Shown: positions 35,001 through 48,900 of the stretch, one piece after another | Layout: every line of letters begins with the position of its first letter | Position numbering within the stretch: the first letter of the stretch is position 1 | Assembly: GCF_009914755.1 (NCBI RefSeq) | Contig: NC_060948.1 | Length of the DNA: 64,000 nucleotides | Reading direction: 5' to 3' (one strand) | Source: the human T2T-CHM13v2.0 reference genome, Homo sapiens | Translations under genes and position numbers: made by a program | Notes under the pieces: generated by a model | What the model was told of the DNA's origin: nothing | The model's database searches: none | Seen by the model: the letters and a program-made list of their open reading frames with translations, nothing else

Positions 35001-38000
35001 ATTGTTTGAACTTTGCAGGAGGCTTTGGGTCCTCTTACAGGAATCATTGAGTATTGTGTGGACTCCAGCACAAGGCATCTCATTCTCTTAAGGGAGCCTT
35101 GATTTTTCTTTGCTTTCATGGAGAATCCACAGTGATACACAACAGCACTACTAGACACCCTTTTCAGGCTTTCCATTGCCACAGACGGCCTCTGATACAC
35201 TGTCTCAATCTCATCTGCATCCGTGAGAGGCAAGTCCAATGAGTGAGAACACTGCTGCACCTTGGGCTTGCCTTTGTCATGGTTCATGCATTTCCCAGAG
35301 AGCCCCTGTGAGGCCCAGGATGAAGGGAGACTGGGAGGGCATGAGCCCAGCCATCTTCCTCTGATACCCACCTCTGGGGTCTCAGGTATGATTCTATTGC
35401 TCAAAGAACTCACAACAAACAACAGACTATATTCTGATCCACAGTGTACCTGATTCTTGCACACAACTTCTTTCAAGAATGGAGACAGAAGTGCCGTTTC
35501 CAGTGACCACTTCAGAGTGTCGAAAAGCCTCCTACTTCAGCAAAAGCTCACCACCAAGACAGCCAGAAGTGTCTCTGAGATTGAGACATTTAGGGTCCCA
35601 CAGATGGTTTTTGCAGGCAGCCTTTTTTCCGATACCAGGCTGGCTCTGCCTGTCCCAGTTTCCTCTGCTTAGGGAGACTGACAGCTCTAACAGCATGGTG
35701 CCCAAGCCTGCCACATGAGTGCACATATGCTAGCCTCAGAGCACCAGGACTGCCTGTGAGCTCTGGTTAGCCTCACAGTGAATTTAACCATTGCTTAGCG
35801 ACCAGTCCCTGTGGCTTGGTGGAGAAAAAGTCATCCATGGAGGTCTGTCAGTGGAAGACTCTCACCTGTCTTCTCTGTGGGATCCAGGGGACAGTCCCAT
35901 GATCCTAGGGGAGGACATACATCAGCCAGCCTGAAGAAACATCAAGCAGAGCTCCAGGAAGAACCTACAATATATCTAATGTTCCAAAAGTTTCCACAGG
36001 ACTCCTCAGGCCTGCCTAGACATTGTAGGGGTGAGTCTTTTTGAAACTTGCTGCACTGTGATTTCTAGGTACAGCCTGCCTGTGTTCTCCAGGTTACTTA
36101 CTCCCATGTGGGGCTTCCTGCAGAACTATGCAGCCTCAGGAAATGCTGGGCTGCCTGTTTCTGTGGAATTGTTGAGAATGTTTGATGTCTGTGTGTGTGC
36201 TGGACATTGTTTGTGTGTGTGTGTGTGCTGGACATTGTTTGTGTGTGTGTGTGTGTGTGACTGTAAATGGAGTCTGCTTAAAGGAACATGGCTAACGCAC
36301 TTCAGTGCTTCATTTCTTTGAGTCACACAACCTTTTGTTGGCCTGTCTGTGTGGCTGTGCTTGGGCTGCTGGTACCTGTGTTCTTTACTTTTCTGTGGAT
36401 CATGAATCCACAGTGAATTGGGAGGCAGGCAGAGACTCGCTGGCATACAAATCACCTCCCTTTGCAAAACAAAAAACAAAAAAAAAAAAACACCGGACAC
36501 AGCACAGTACACCAAAAAACAGACATCTCCCAGTGTTTCATTGTCCTTTGGCAAACTCAGTAAGAGACATTAGCAGTCCTGTCCACAGGGCTCCTTTTAT
36601 TTACCTCGAATTCAGTTCACAGGAGAGCAGGTGCTTCATATCATGAGGGTACACTCCTCCATCATGTTGGGATTTCATCCTGGGACATAGAGTGTGAGCA
36701 GCAATAAGATAAGATAGGGGTAAGGATACAATCTGAAGGGTGGATGGGGTCCCACAACTTCACCTGCAAAAAAAATGAAGACAGATGACACAGAAAGTGC
36801 TTCCAACTCCATCACCATATTCCTTTAATTGCACAACCAGTCCACACCATGGCTCTGTATTCAGGTGGGAGTACCCCAACCTGCAAGAAACATTTGGAGT
36901 GCAAATTAAGGCCATTTTAGAAAACTGACAATTTGAGGGCTTTCATGCCAGGAGACAAATAGGAGTGGAATGGATTGATGCTGGGTGTGATGTGGCCTGC
37001 AGATTCGGCCTCTTCTTCTCCTGACTTCCATATTTGTTATCAGCCTAGGGTTTCCTGCATCTGGCTCAAGGACTTCCACACTAATCATTTCCCAGTCACA
37101 GAGAACGACCGTTACTGGAACCCATTGCATGAGTGTTTCCCTCTGAACACTGTCAGGTTTTAATTACTGGGCTGCTTTGATACTTTCAAAACCATAAATT
37201 CCCATTACATCTGCTCACAAGGAAACTCTTGTTCTCAAGCTTCTATTCGAGGGCTTCATGACCCCTGCAGGATGAGAAGCAGGTAGTCATATTTGGCTTC
37301 TGCTTGGTAATCTAGCCTCTATTTCATTTCATCTGCATAGGCTTTTCATTGTGGAGGGGTTCTTTCATTGGGCTGTTGCTAGATAAAGCTGTCTCTCACC
37401 ACAGATTATTTAGATGTCAGGGATTGCAGAGAGCAAAAGGGACTTTGGGTAGGCTGTCTGCACTCCAGATTGTGGGTCATTGTCTCCTTTTGGGGGTTGA
37501 AGTTGTTTGCACTTTTCAGGAGGATTTTGGGTCCTCTGACAGGAATCAGTGAACATTGATTAGTCTCCAGCACACGGCAGCTCATCCTCCCAGGTGAACT
37601 TTGATTTTTCTTTGCTGTCATGGGGAATCCACAGTGCTCCTCATCAGCAGTTCTGTACACCCTTATCATGCTTGCCATCAACACATATCGCCTCTGAGAC
37701 AGGGTATCAACCTCATCTGCACCAGTGAGATGTCAATCCGAGGTGTAACAAAACTGTTCCACAGTGGACTTGCCTTTATCATGGCTCCTGCCTTTCCCAG
37801 AGAGCTTCTGCAAGACCCACAATGAAGAGAGGCAGTGATGGCAAGAGCCCAGCCATCTTTCTCTGACACCCGCCTCTGGGGTCTCAGGTATGATTCTATC
37901 ACCCAAAGAACCCTCAACAACCCATCAGATTATATTTCATTTCCTAGCGGACCCAATTCTTACACAAAGTTTCTTTCAGCAACGGAGTCAGAAGATCAGT

Positions 38001-41000
38001 TTCCAGTGACTACCTCACAGTATCGAAACGTCTTCTCCTCCAGCACAACCCGACCACAGAGATGGCACGAATGGTTCCTGAGTTTGAGACTTTTAGGGTC
38101 TTGAAGTGGGTTTTGACAGCCAGCCTTTTTCACAATAACAGGTCACTTCTGCCTGTACCATTTTCCTCTGCTTAGGCAGCCTGACAGCTCTGATGGCCTG
38201 GCACCTGAGCCTGCCTCACAAATGCACATGCACTACTCTTGGGGCACCAGGCCTCATTGTGAGCTCTGGCTAGAGTCACAACATATGTCACTGCTGCCTA
38301 GGGACAAGTCTCTGCAGCTTGGCAGAGAAGGAGAACTCCGTGGAAGTGCATCAGCAGTGGACTCTCGCCTGTCTTCTCAGTGGGACACAGGGCATATTCC
38401 CATGATCCTTGGAGAGGGCAGATGTGAACCAGCCTGAAGAAACATGAAGCACAGTCCCTTCAATAAATTGTGAAATCCCTAAGGATCCAAAAGGATCTAC
38501 AGGATTCTTCAGGCCTGCCTAGTTTTTGTAGTGGTGAATCTTTTTGAAACTTGCTCCACTGAGATTTCTAGGTAGAGCCCACCTGTGTCCCTGTGATCAT
38601 TCTCTCCCAGGTATGGCTTCCTGCAGAACCACACAGCCTCAGGATCTACCAGGCTGTGTGTTTCCATAGAATTGTTGCTAGTGTTGGATGTCTGTGTGTG
38701 TATATTGCATTGTGTGTTTGTGAGTGCTTGTGTGTGTGTGTTTGCCTGTAAGCGGAGACTTCTTAAAGGAATGTGTCTAATGCACTTCAGCACTTTTTTA
38801 TTGTTGTTGAGTCTCCAAACATTTTGGTTGCTTTTCTGCGTGGCTCTGCTTGGGCTGTGTGGCTCCATGTCATTCATTTTTCTGTGGGTCTGAATCCACA
38901 GTGAACTGGGAGGTGGGCAAAGACCCACCGGCTTTCAAATCACCTCCCCCTGCAAAAAAACAAAACAAAACAAAACAAAACAAACCTCTCTTCTAGAAAG
39001 AAGAGGAGCCCCTACCACATGAAAAACAGACATCTCCCAGGTTTTCATTGTCCTGTGGCCAACCCAGGGAGAAACCCTCACAGTCCTGTCTGCAGTGCCC
39101 CTTGAATTTACATTGAATTCGGTTCCCAGGAGAGCAGGTGTTTCACATTGTGAGGGGACACTTCTCCATCATCTTGGGATTTCATTCTGGGACATACAGT
39201 GTGAGATGCAATCAGTTCAGAAAGGGGTGAAGATACAGACTGGTGAAGGGTGGATGGGTTCCTGCAACTTCAACTGCAAAAAGATTGAAGACAGGTGTCA
39301 CAGAAGGTGCTTCCAACACCATCTCTACATTCAATTAATTACACAAGCAGTCCACACTATGGCCTGGTGTTCACGTGAGAGTATTCCAATGTACAAGGAA
39401 CATTTGGAGTGCAAATTGGGGCCATCCTGGTACACTCCTGATTTGAGGGCTTTCATACCCAAAGCCAAATTGGAATGGAATGGATTGATGCTGGGTGAGA
39501 TATGACCTCCACACTTGCCTCTTCTTTTCTGGACTTCCATGTTTCTCATTGACCTAGGGTTTCCTGGTTATGGCTCAAAGACTTCCACAGTAAACTTTTT
39601 CCAGTTCACAGAGAATGATCCTCATGGGAATCCACTGTGTGAGAGTTTCCTTCTAAACACTGTCATTTTTAATGACTGGGCAGATTTGATACTTTTAAAA
39701 CTGTAAATTCCCATTACATCCACCAGCAAGGGAACTCTTGTTCTCTCACTTCTATCAGAGTGCTGCATGATTTCTGCAGGATGAAAAGCAGGTAGCCGTG
39801 TTTGATTTTTGCCTCATAATCTAGTGTATTTTTCACCTCATCTGCATGTTCTTTTCACTGTGGAGGGGCTGGCTCCTTCATTGGGCTGTTGCTGCTTGGG
39901 ACTGCCTCTCCCCACAGAGTAGTTAGCTGCCAGGAATTTCAGACAGCAAAACGGACTTCGGGTATGTCAGCTGCCCTTCATGTTGTGGGATGTTGTCTCG
40001 TTGTGGGGGCTGAGGTTGTTTACATTTTGCAGGAGTCTTTTTGGTCCTCTGACAGGAGTCATTGAACATTGCTTGTACTCTGCCATAATGCATCTCTTTC
40101 TCTCAGGCAAGCCTTGATTTTTCTTTGCTTTCAAGGGGAATACACAGTGCCCCTCAACAACACTACTGGACACCCTTTCAGACTTTGCACTGCCACAGAC
40201 ATCTTCTGAGATACTTTCTTAACCTCATGTGAACCTGCAAGAAGCCAGTCCGAGGTGTGAGAACACTGCTCCACCTTGGACTTGCCTTTGTTGTGGTTTC
40301 TGCCTCTCCCAAAGAGCCCCTGTGAGGCTCAGGATGAAGGGTGGCAGTGAGGTCAAGAGCCTGACCATCTTTTGCTGGCACCCACCTCTGGGATCTCAGA
40401 TGTTTCTATCACCGAAAGTACCTTCAGAAACACACCAGACTATATTCCAATCCCCATGGGACCCTATTCTTGCCCACAGCCTCTTTGGAGAATAAAGTCA
40501 GAAGAGCAGTTTCCAGTGACCACCTCACAGTCTGAAAATGCCTCCTCCTCCAGTGGGACCAGACCACAGAGATGGCCCCAAGGGGCCCTGTCGTGGAGAA
40601 ATTTAGTGTCCCACAGTGGGTATTCGCAGGCAGCCTTTATTGCAACACCAGGCCAGTTTGGTCTGCAGTATTTTCCTGTGCTTAGGCAGGCTGACAGTTC
40701 TGACAGCCAGACATCCTTGCCTGCCTCAGGACTGCGCATGTGCTAGACTCAGGGAACGAGGCCTGATTATGAGCCCTGGCTTGTGTCAAAACAATTGTCA
40801 TCGTTGCCTAACTACAAGGCCCTTGGCTTGGCGGCAAAGGAGGCCTCTGTGTAGGTGCAATGGCAGTGGGCTCTCGCCTCTTTTCTGTTGGATTCTCCAG
40901 ATAGTCCCATGATCCCAAGAGAGGGCAGATGTGAGCTAGCCTAAAGCAACCTCAAGCACAACCCCAGGAATAAATTGTGAAATCTGTAAGAATCCAAAAG

Positions 41001-41193
41001 TATCTGCAGGATTCCTCAGGCCTGTATAGCTGTTGTGGGGGTGAGTCTTTTTTAAACTTGCCCCACTGTGATTTCTAGATACAGCCTGCCTGTGTTCCAA
41101 CAGGTTACTCTCTCCCAGGTGGGGCTTTCGGCAGAACCATGCGTCCTCAGTAGCTGCTGGGCTGTGTGCCTGTGGGAGGCTTGCGAGTGTTGG

Positions 41194-41237
<44 letters not shown>

Positions 41238-41573
41238 ATCTGCCTCTAAGTGGAGTCTGTTTAAAGGAATGAGGCTGACACACTTAAGCGCTTCTTCTTT
41301 TTTTTTTTTTTCAGTCTCCCAACCTAGTGTTTTCCTGTCTGTATGGCTCTGCTTGGGCTGCAGGGCTTTGTTTTCTTTATTTTTCTGTGGATCATGAATC
41401 CACAGATAATTGGGAGGTGTGCCATGAACCACCGGCTTTCAAATCAGCTCTGCCTGCAAAATATAAACAAACAAACAAACAAATAAATGCCACACGAAAA
41501 AACAGGCATCTCCCAGTGTTTCATTGTTCTGCAGCCAACCCAGGGAGAAACATTAGCAATCTTTTCCACAGGG
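25178..41573 (+). repeat. SST1/NBL2/MER22-like macrosatellite, ~6.6 diverged ~2.5-kb units (orientation A)
   Basis: Marker ctcaacctcatctgcacc recurs at about 25327, 27811, 30261, 32745, 35205, 37707 and 40219 (period 2.45-2.51 kb); each unit has a (TG)n tract and a poly-T. Family name is from recall. Confidence 0.85.
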
Positions 41574-42350
41574 AGATACACAAAGCCACACGCACATGCA
41601 GACATCAAACACTCACAACACTCTCACAGAAAAAGACAGCCCAGCATCTCCTGAGGCTGCCTGGTACTGCAGGAAGCTTCACTTGGGAGACAGCAACCCT
41701 GGGGAACCCATGTGGGCTGTGCTTAGAAAACAGAGTGGGGCAATTTTCAAAAAGACTCACCCCTACAACATCTAGGTAGAACTGAGGCATCTTGAAGATC
41801 CTTTTGGACCCTTAGGGATTCCCCGGTTAATTCCTGCAGCACTTCTTGAAGTTTCCTCAGGCTGGCTCACGTCAGCCTTCTCCTAGGATCATGGGATTAT
41901 CCTGAGGATCCCACAAAGAAGACAAGTGAGAGTCTCCCACCGACCTACCTCCATGGAGGTTTCCATCTCCGCCACACTGCAGGGACTTGTCTCTAGGCAA
42001 CGGTGGCATTCATTGTGACGCCATCCAGAGCTTACAGCTCAGGCCTCCTGCCCTGAGACTAGCACATGCAAATTCGTGAGGCAAGGTTGGGTGCCCAGCT
42101 GTCAGAGATTTCTGCCTGCCTAAACAGAGGTAAATAGTACAGGCAGAGCCGGCCTGGTATCAGAAAAAAGCCTGACTGTGATAATTCACTGAGGGACACT
42201 AAAAGTCTCAACCTTAGAGCTCCCTCCGGTTGTCTCCATGGTCTGGCCTTACTTCAGCAGGACACATTTTGAGACTATGAGGTGGATGCTGGAAACTGCT
42301 TTTCTGACTCCTTGCCCAAAAGAGGCTGTGTGTTAAGAATCAGGTCCTAT

Positions 42351-42993
42351 TGAGAGAAGCTGGCTGGGCTTCTGGGTCCAGTGGGGACTTGGAGAACTTT
42401 TCTCTCTAGCTAAATGATTGTAAACACACCAATCAGCACTCTGTAAAAATGGACCAATCACCACTCTGTAAAACAGACCCATCGGCACTCTGTAAAATGG
42501 ACCAATCAGCAGAACGTGGGTGGGGCCAAATAAGGGAATAAAAGCTGGCCACCTGAGCTAGCAGTGGCAACCCGGGGGGTTCCTCCCATGGTGTGGAGGG
42601 TTCCTTCTTTCGCTCTTCACAATAAATCTTGCTGCTGCTCAGCCTTTGGGTCTGCACTACTTTTATGAGCTGTAACACTGACTGAAAATGTCTGTGGCTT
42701 TACTCCTGAAGTCAGCGAGACCATGAACCCACCAGGAGGAACAAGCAACTCTGGAGGCGCCACCTTTAAGAGCTGTAACACTCACTGGGAAGGTCTGCGG
42801 ATTCACTACTGATGTCAAGTGGGACCATGAACCCACCAGAAGGAAGAAACTCTGGACACATCTGAACATCTGAAGGAACAAACTCTGGACACACCATCTT
42901 TAAGAACTACAACACTCACCCCAAGGGTCCACAGCTTCATTCTTGAAGTCAGCAAGACTAAGAACCCACCAGAAGGAACAAATTCTGGTCACA
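42351..42993 (+). mobile_element. Solo LTR12
   Basis: tgagag...accaatcagcactctgtaaaa repeats...agctgtaacactcact...ctggtcaca; TSD CTAT/CCAT (1 mismatch); satellite sequence is contiguous across it. Confidence 0.93.
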
Positions 42994-45900
42994 CCATGGG
43001 GATTGGAATATAGTCTGGTGAGTTTCTGTGGGTTTTTGGGTGATGGAATCATAACTGAGACCCCAGAGGCGGGTGTCTGCAAAAGATGGCTGGGCTCTTG
43101 ACCTCATCCTCCCACTGCCCACTGCCTCCCTTCATCCTGGCCTTATAAGGGCTCCCAGAGAAAGGCTGGAACCATGACAAAAGTAGGTCCAAGTTGGAGC
43201 AGTGTTCTCACACCTCAAACTGGCCTCTCAAAGGTGCAAACAAGGTTGAGACAGTGTCTCAGAGGCTGTCTGTGACAATTGCAAGCCTGGAATGGTGTCC
43301 AGCAGTGCTGTTGAGGGGCAATGTGGACCCCCCATGAAAGCAAAGAAAACTCAAAGCTTGCCTGAGAGAATGAACTGACTAGTGTCAGAGACGCAGCAAT
43401 ATTCAAAGGTATATGTCAGAAGACCCAAAATCCTCTGTCAAAGTGCAAATAAATTCAGCCCCCAAAATGAGAACACAAGCCACAACCTGGAACATAGCCA
43501 GCCTACCTAAAGTCCTTCTTGCTCCCTGAAATTCCTGGCATCCAAAAGATGAGTGATGATAGGCAGTCCCATTCAGCAAGAACACAATGAAAGATCCACT
43601 CAACAATGAGAAGACCATGCAAATAAAAGTGAAACAGAGTCTAGATTACCAGGTAAAAGCCAAACACAGCTGTCTGCTTCTCATCCTACAGGAATCATGA
43701 AGCCCTCTGATAGAAGTGAAAGAACAAGAGTTTCCTTGTTGACAGCTGTCACGGCAATTTATGGTTTTAAATTATCAATGCTGCCCAGTCATTAAAAAGT
43801 GACAGGGTTTAGAAGGAAACACTCATGTGATGGATTCCCATGAGGGTCATTCTCTGAGAAGTGGGAAAGATTTAGTGTGGAAGCCATTGTGCAAGACCCA
43901 GGAAACCCTAGGCTGACGAGGAACCTGGAAGTCAAGAAAAGAAGAGGTCACCCCTCCCAGCATTAACCCATTCCATCCCCATTCCAACCTATTTGGCTAT
44001 GGGTGTGAAAGCCATAAATCAGGAGTTTGTCAGGATGGGCCCAATTTGCACTCCAAATACTCCCTGAACATTGGATTACTTCCACCTGAAAAATAGGCCG
44101 TGATGGGGACCGCTTGCACAATTAGCAGAATGGGGGGATGGATTTGGAAGCAACTTCAGTGTCATCTGTCTTCATTTTTTTTTTTGCAGTTGAAATTGTG
44201 GGACCCATCCACTCCTCACTAGATTGTATCCTCAACCCTATCTGACCTTATTGCTGCTCACACTCTGTGTCCCAGGATGAAATCTCAAGATGATGGAGGA
44301 GTGCCCCCTTTGACCTGAAGCACCTGCTCAGCTAGGAACCAAATTCAAGGTAAGTTTCAGAGTTACTGGGGAAAGGACTGCTAGTGTCTCTCATTGGGTT
44401 GACCACAGGACAATGAAACAGTGGGAGATGTCTGTTTTCTAGTGTTGTGTGTTCCTCATCTTTCTAGAAGAGTGCTTTTTGTTCATTTGCTTGTTTGTTT
44501 GTTTTGCAGGGGGAGGTGACTTGGACGCTGGCAAGTCTCGACCCGCCCCCCAATATACTGGGGATTCATGATCCACAGAAAAATAGAGAACACAGCCCTG
44601 CGACTAAAGCAAAGCCACACAGACAAGCCATCAAAATGTTGAGAGACTCAAATAAAGAAGCACTGAAATGTGTTAGCCACATTCTTTTAAGCAGACTCCA
44701 TTTGCAGGAACACACACACACAAAGACACAATACCACACAAACACATGCAGAAATCTGACACTCATAACACTCCCACAGAAACACACAGCCCGGCAGCTT
44801 CTGAGGCTGTGTGTTTCTGTAGGAAGCCCCACCTTGGAGAGAGCAACCCCAGGGAACAGAGGCAGGCTCTAACTAAAAATATCATGGGGGCAAGTTTCAT
44901 AAAGACTCACTCCTAGAACTCCTGGGCAGGCCTAAGGAATCCTGCAGATGATTTTGGATCCACAGGGATTTTGTAGTTTATTCCTGGGGCTCTGCTTGAC
45001 ATTTCTTCAGGCTCACTCACATCTTTCTCTCCTAGGATCATGGGATTATTCCATGTATCCCACAGAGAAGACAGGTGAGAGTCCACCAGCGCACCTCCAC
45101 AGAGGTCTCTTTCTCCACAAGCTGCAGGGACTTGTCTCTTGCCAACAGTGACATTCCTTGTGACACTTGCCAGAACTCAAAATCAGGCATGGTGCCCTGA
45201 GTCTAGCTCATGCACATTCGTGAGGCAGGCTCTGGCATCCGGCTGTCAGAGCTGTCAGCCTGACTAAGCAGAGGAAAATGCTGCAAGCAGAGCCGGCCTT
45301 GTATCAGGAAAAAGGATGCCTATGAAAACCCACTGCGAGACCCTAAAAGTCTCAAACTCAGGGCCTCTTTGGGCCATCTCCATGGTCAGGTCCCACTGGA
45401 GGAGGAGGTGTTTCAAGACTGTGAGGTGGTCGCTGGAAACTGCTCTTCTGACTCTATTCCTGAAAGAGGCTGTGTGCAAGAATCAGGTCCCATGGAGATT
45501 GGAATAGAGTCTCTTGTGTTGTTGGGGTTCTTTGGGTGATAGAATTATACTTGAAACCCCAGAGGTGGGCATCACTAAAAGATGCCCGAGCTTGACCTCA
45601 TGGCATCCCTTCATCCTGGGTCTCACAGGGGCTGTCTGGAAAAGTCAGGAACCATCACAGAGGAAAGTCCAAGGTGAAGCAGTTGTCTCACACCACAGAC
45701 TGGTCTCTCCTTGGTGCAGATGAGGTTGACACAGTGACTCAGAGGCTGTCTGTGGTGATAGTAAGCCTGAAAATTGTGTTCAGCAGTGCTGTAGTGCTGT
45801 TAAGGGTCATTGTAGATTTTTCATGAAAGCAAGGAAAAAACAAGGCTTGCCTGAGGAAATGAGCTGCCTTGTGCTGGAGTCCAAACTTGGACTGAACTCT

Positions 45901-48900
45901 TATGGGTAAAGATAAGGTAGAGACCATGTCTCAGAGGTCATCTTTGATGATGCCAAGCCTGAAAATGATATCCAGTAGAGCTGTTGAAGGACACTGTAGA
46001 TTGTCCATAAAAGCAAAGAAAAATCAAGGTTCACCTGATAGAATGAGCTGCATTGACCTGGAGTTTAAGCAATGTTCAATGCTTCCTGTTAGAGGTCCCA
46101 AAAGCCTCCTGCAAATTGCAAACAACCTCAGCCCCCATAACGAGACAACGACTCAAAACTTGGAGCACCGCCAGACTCCTCAAAGTCCCTTTTGCTCTTT
46201 GAAATCTCTGGAAGCAAAATAATCTTTGGCAAGAGGCAGTCCCATCCAGCCACAGCCCAATGAAAGAACCCCCACTCAACGAGAAGACCATGTAGATGAA
46301 AAAAATCAGAGACTAGATTGCCAGGCAAAAGCCAGACAGGGCTGCCTGCTTCTCATCCTACAGGAATCATGCGGAATGCCAAGAGAAGTGAAAAAAAAAA
46401 GAGTTTCCTTGTTGGCAGCTGTAAGGGAATTTACAGTTTTAAAGGTATCAAAGCTGCCCAGTCATTAAATTGTGACAGTGTTTAGAAGGAAACACTCAGG
46501 CAATGGATTCCCATTAGGGTCATTCTCTGTGAACTGAGAAACGTTTACTGTGTCATTGAGCCAGACACAGGAAAACCTGCACCAACAAGAAACATGGACA
46601 TCAGAGAAAGAAGAGTCAAGTGTGGAGGCCATATCCCACCAAGCATCAATCCATTTCATTCCCATTTGGCTCCCGGTATGAAAGCCCTCAAATTGGGAGT
46701 TTGCCAAGATGACCCCAATTTGCACTCCAAATGTTCTTGCCCATTGGAGTACTTTCACCTGAACACCATGCTATGGTGTGGACTACTTGTGCAATTAAGG
46801 GAATGTTGGGATGGAGTTGGAAGTATCTTCTGTGTCATCTGTCTTCATTTTTTTGCAGGTGAAGTTGTGGGATCTCATCCAATTCCCACCAGATTGTATC
46901 CTCACCCCTGTCTGACCTTATTGCTGCTCACACTCTATGTCCCAAAATGAAAACCCAAGTTGATGGAGTATTGCCCCCTCATGATGTGAAGAAACTGCTT
47001 GGCTGGGACCTGAATTTGAGGTAAATTCAAGGGCCCTATAGACAGGACTGCTAGTGTCTCTCCCTGAATTGGCTGCAGGACAGTGAAACACTCAGAGATG
47101 TCTGTTTTTTCATGTGGTATGCTCCCCTTTTTTCTAAGAGTGGCTTTCTTTTGGAGTGGGAGGTGAGTGTGACGCTGGTGGGTCTCAGCCTGTGTCCCAA
47201 TTCTCTGGGGATTTATGATCCACAGAAGACTAAAGAACATGGAACTCCACAGCCCAAGCAGTGCTGCACAGACAGGCCACCAAAAAGTTGGGAGACTCAA
47301 AAAAAATAGCTAAAATGTGTTAGCCACATTCCTTTAAGTATACTCCACTTATATTCTAACACGCACACACACACACACACACACATGCAGACATCCAATA
47401 CCCTCAATACTTTCACAGAAACACACAGGCTGGCAGCTCCTGAGGCTGTGTGGTTCTGCAGGAAGCCCCATTTGGGAGAGAGCAACCTCGAGGAACACAG
47501 CTGCTGTATGTGGATATCACAGTAGGGCAAGTTTCAAAAAGACTCACCCCTACAAAGTCTAAACAGGTTTGAGGAATTCTGCAGATTGTTTTGTATTCTT
47601 AGGGATTTCACAGTTTATTCCTGGGGCTCTGTTTGATGTTATTTCTGGCTGCCTCATGTCTTCCCTCTCCTAGGATCATGGGACTGTACCATGGATACAA
47701 CAGAGAAGACAGGCCAGAATCCACTGCTGACACACCTCCAGGGAAACCTCTTTATCTGCCAAGCTGCAGGGATTTGTCACTGGCAAAGGTGACATTCATT
47801 GTGAAGCTAGCCAGAGCTCGCAATCAGGCCTGATGCCCTGAGACTAGGGCACGCACATTAATGAGGCAGGCTCTGGCCCTGGCTCTCAGACCTGTCAGCC
47901 TGCCTAAGCAGAGGAAAATGGCAGAGGCAGAGTCGGTCTGGTATCGGGAAAAAAGCTGCCTGTGAAACCCACTGAAGGACCCTAAAAGTCTCAACTTTGG
48001 GGGTTATTCAAGCCATCTCCATGGTTGTGTCCCACTGGAGGAGGAGGTGTTTTGAGACCATGAGGTGGTCGCAGAAACTGCTCTTCTCTTCTGAGTCCGT
48101 TCCCAAAGGAGGCTGTGTGAAAGAATTAGGTCCCATAGGGATTGATATATAGTCTGGTGTGTTCTGGAGGGGTTTTTTGGGTGATAGCAGCAGACCTGAG
48201 ATCCCAGAGGTGGGTGTCAGCAAAAGATGGCCAGGCTCTTGACCTCTCTGCCTCCCTTCATCGGGGGCCTCACATAGGCTCTCTGGGAAAGGCAGGAAGC
48301 AAGACAAGGCAAGTATAAGATCAACACTGTTCTCACACCTCGAACTTGCCCCTCATGGGTGCATATGAGGATGTGACACCATCTCAGAGGCTGTCTGTGG
48401 TGACGGCAAGCCTAAAAATGGTGTCCAGTAGTGCTGTTGAGGAGCACTGTGAATTCTCCATGAAAGCAAAGAAAAATCAAAGCTCACCTGAAACAACAAG
48501 ATGCCTTTTGCCAGAGTCCAAGCAATGTTCAATGATTCCTGTCAGAGGACCCCAAAGACTCCTGCAAAGTGCAAACAACTTCAGCTCCCACAACATACAA
48601 CAATCCACAATCTGGAGTGCAGCCAGATGATGCAAAGTCCCTTCTGCTCTCTGATATCTCTGGCAGCTAAATAATTGGTGGGAAGAGGCATTCCTATCCA
48701 GCAACAGAACAATGCAAGAGCCCCTCCACTATGAGAAGGCCATACAGATGACAGGAAACAGAGGCTAGTTTACCAGGCAAAGCCAGACACAGCTGCCAGC
48801 TTGTCATCCTACAGGAATCATGCAGCACTCCAATAGAACTGGGAGAATAAGAGTTTCCTTGTTGTTGGCTGTAACAGGAGTTTATGGTTTTTAAAGTATC

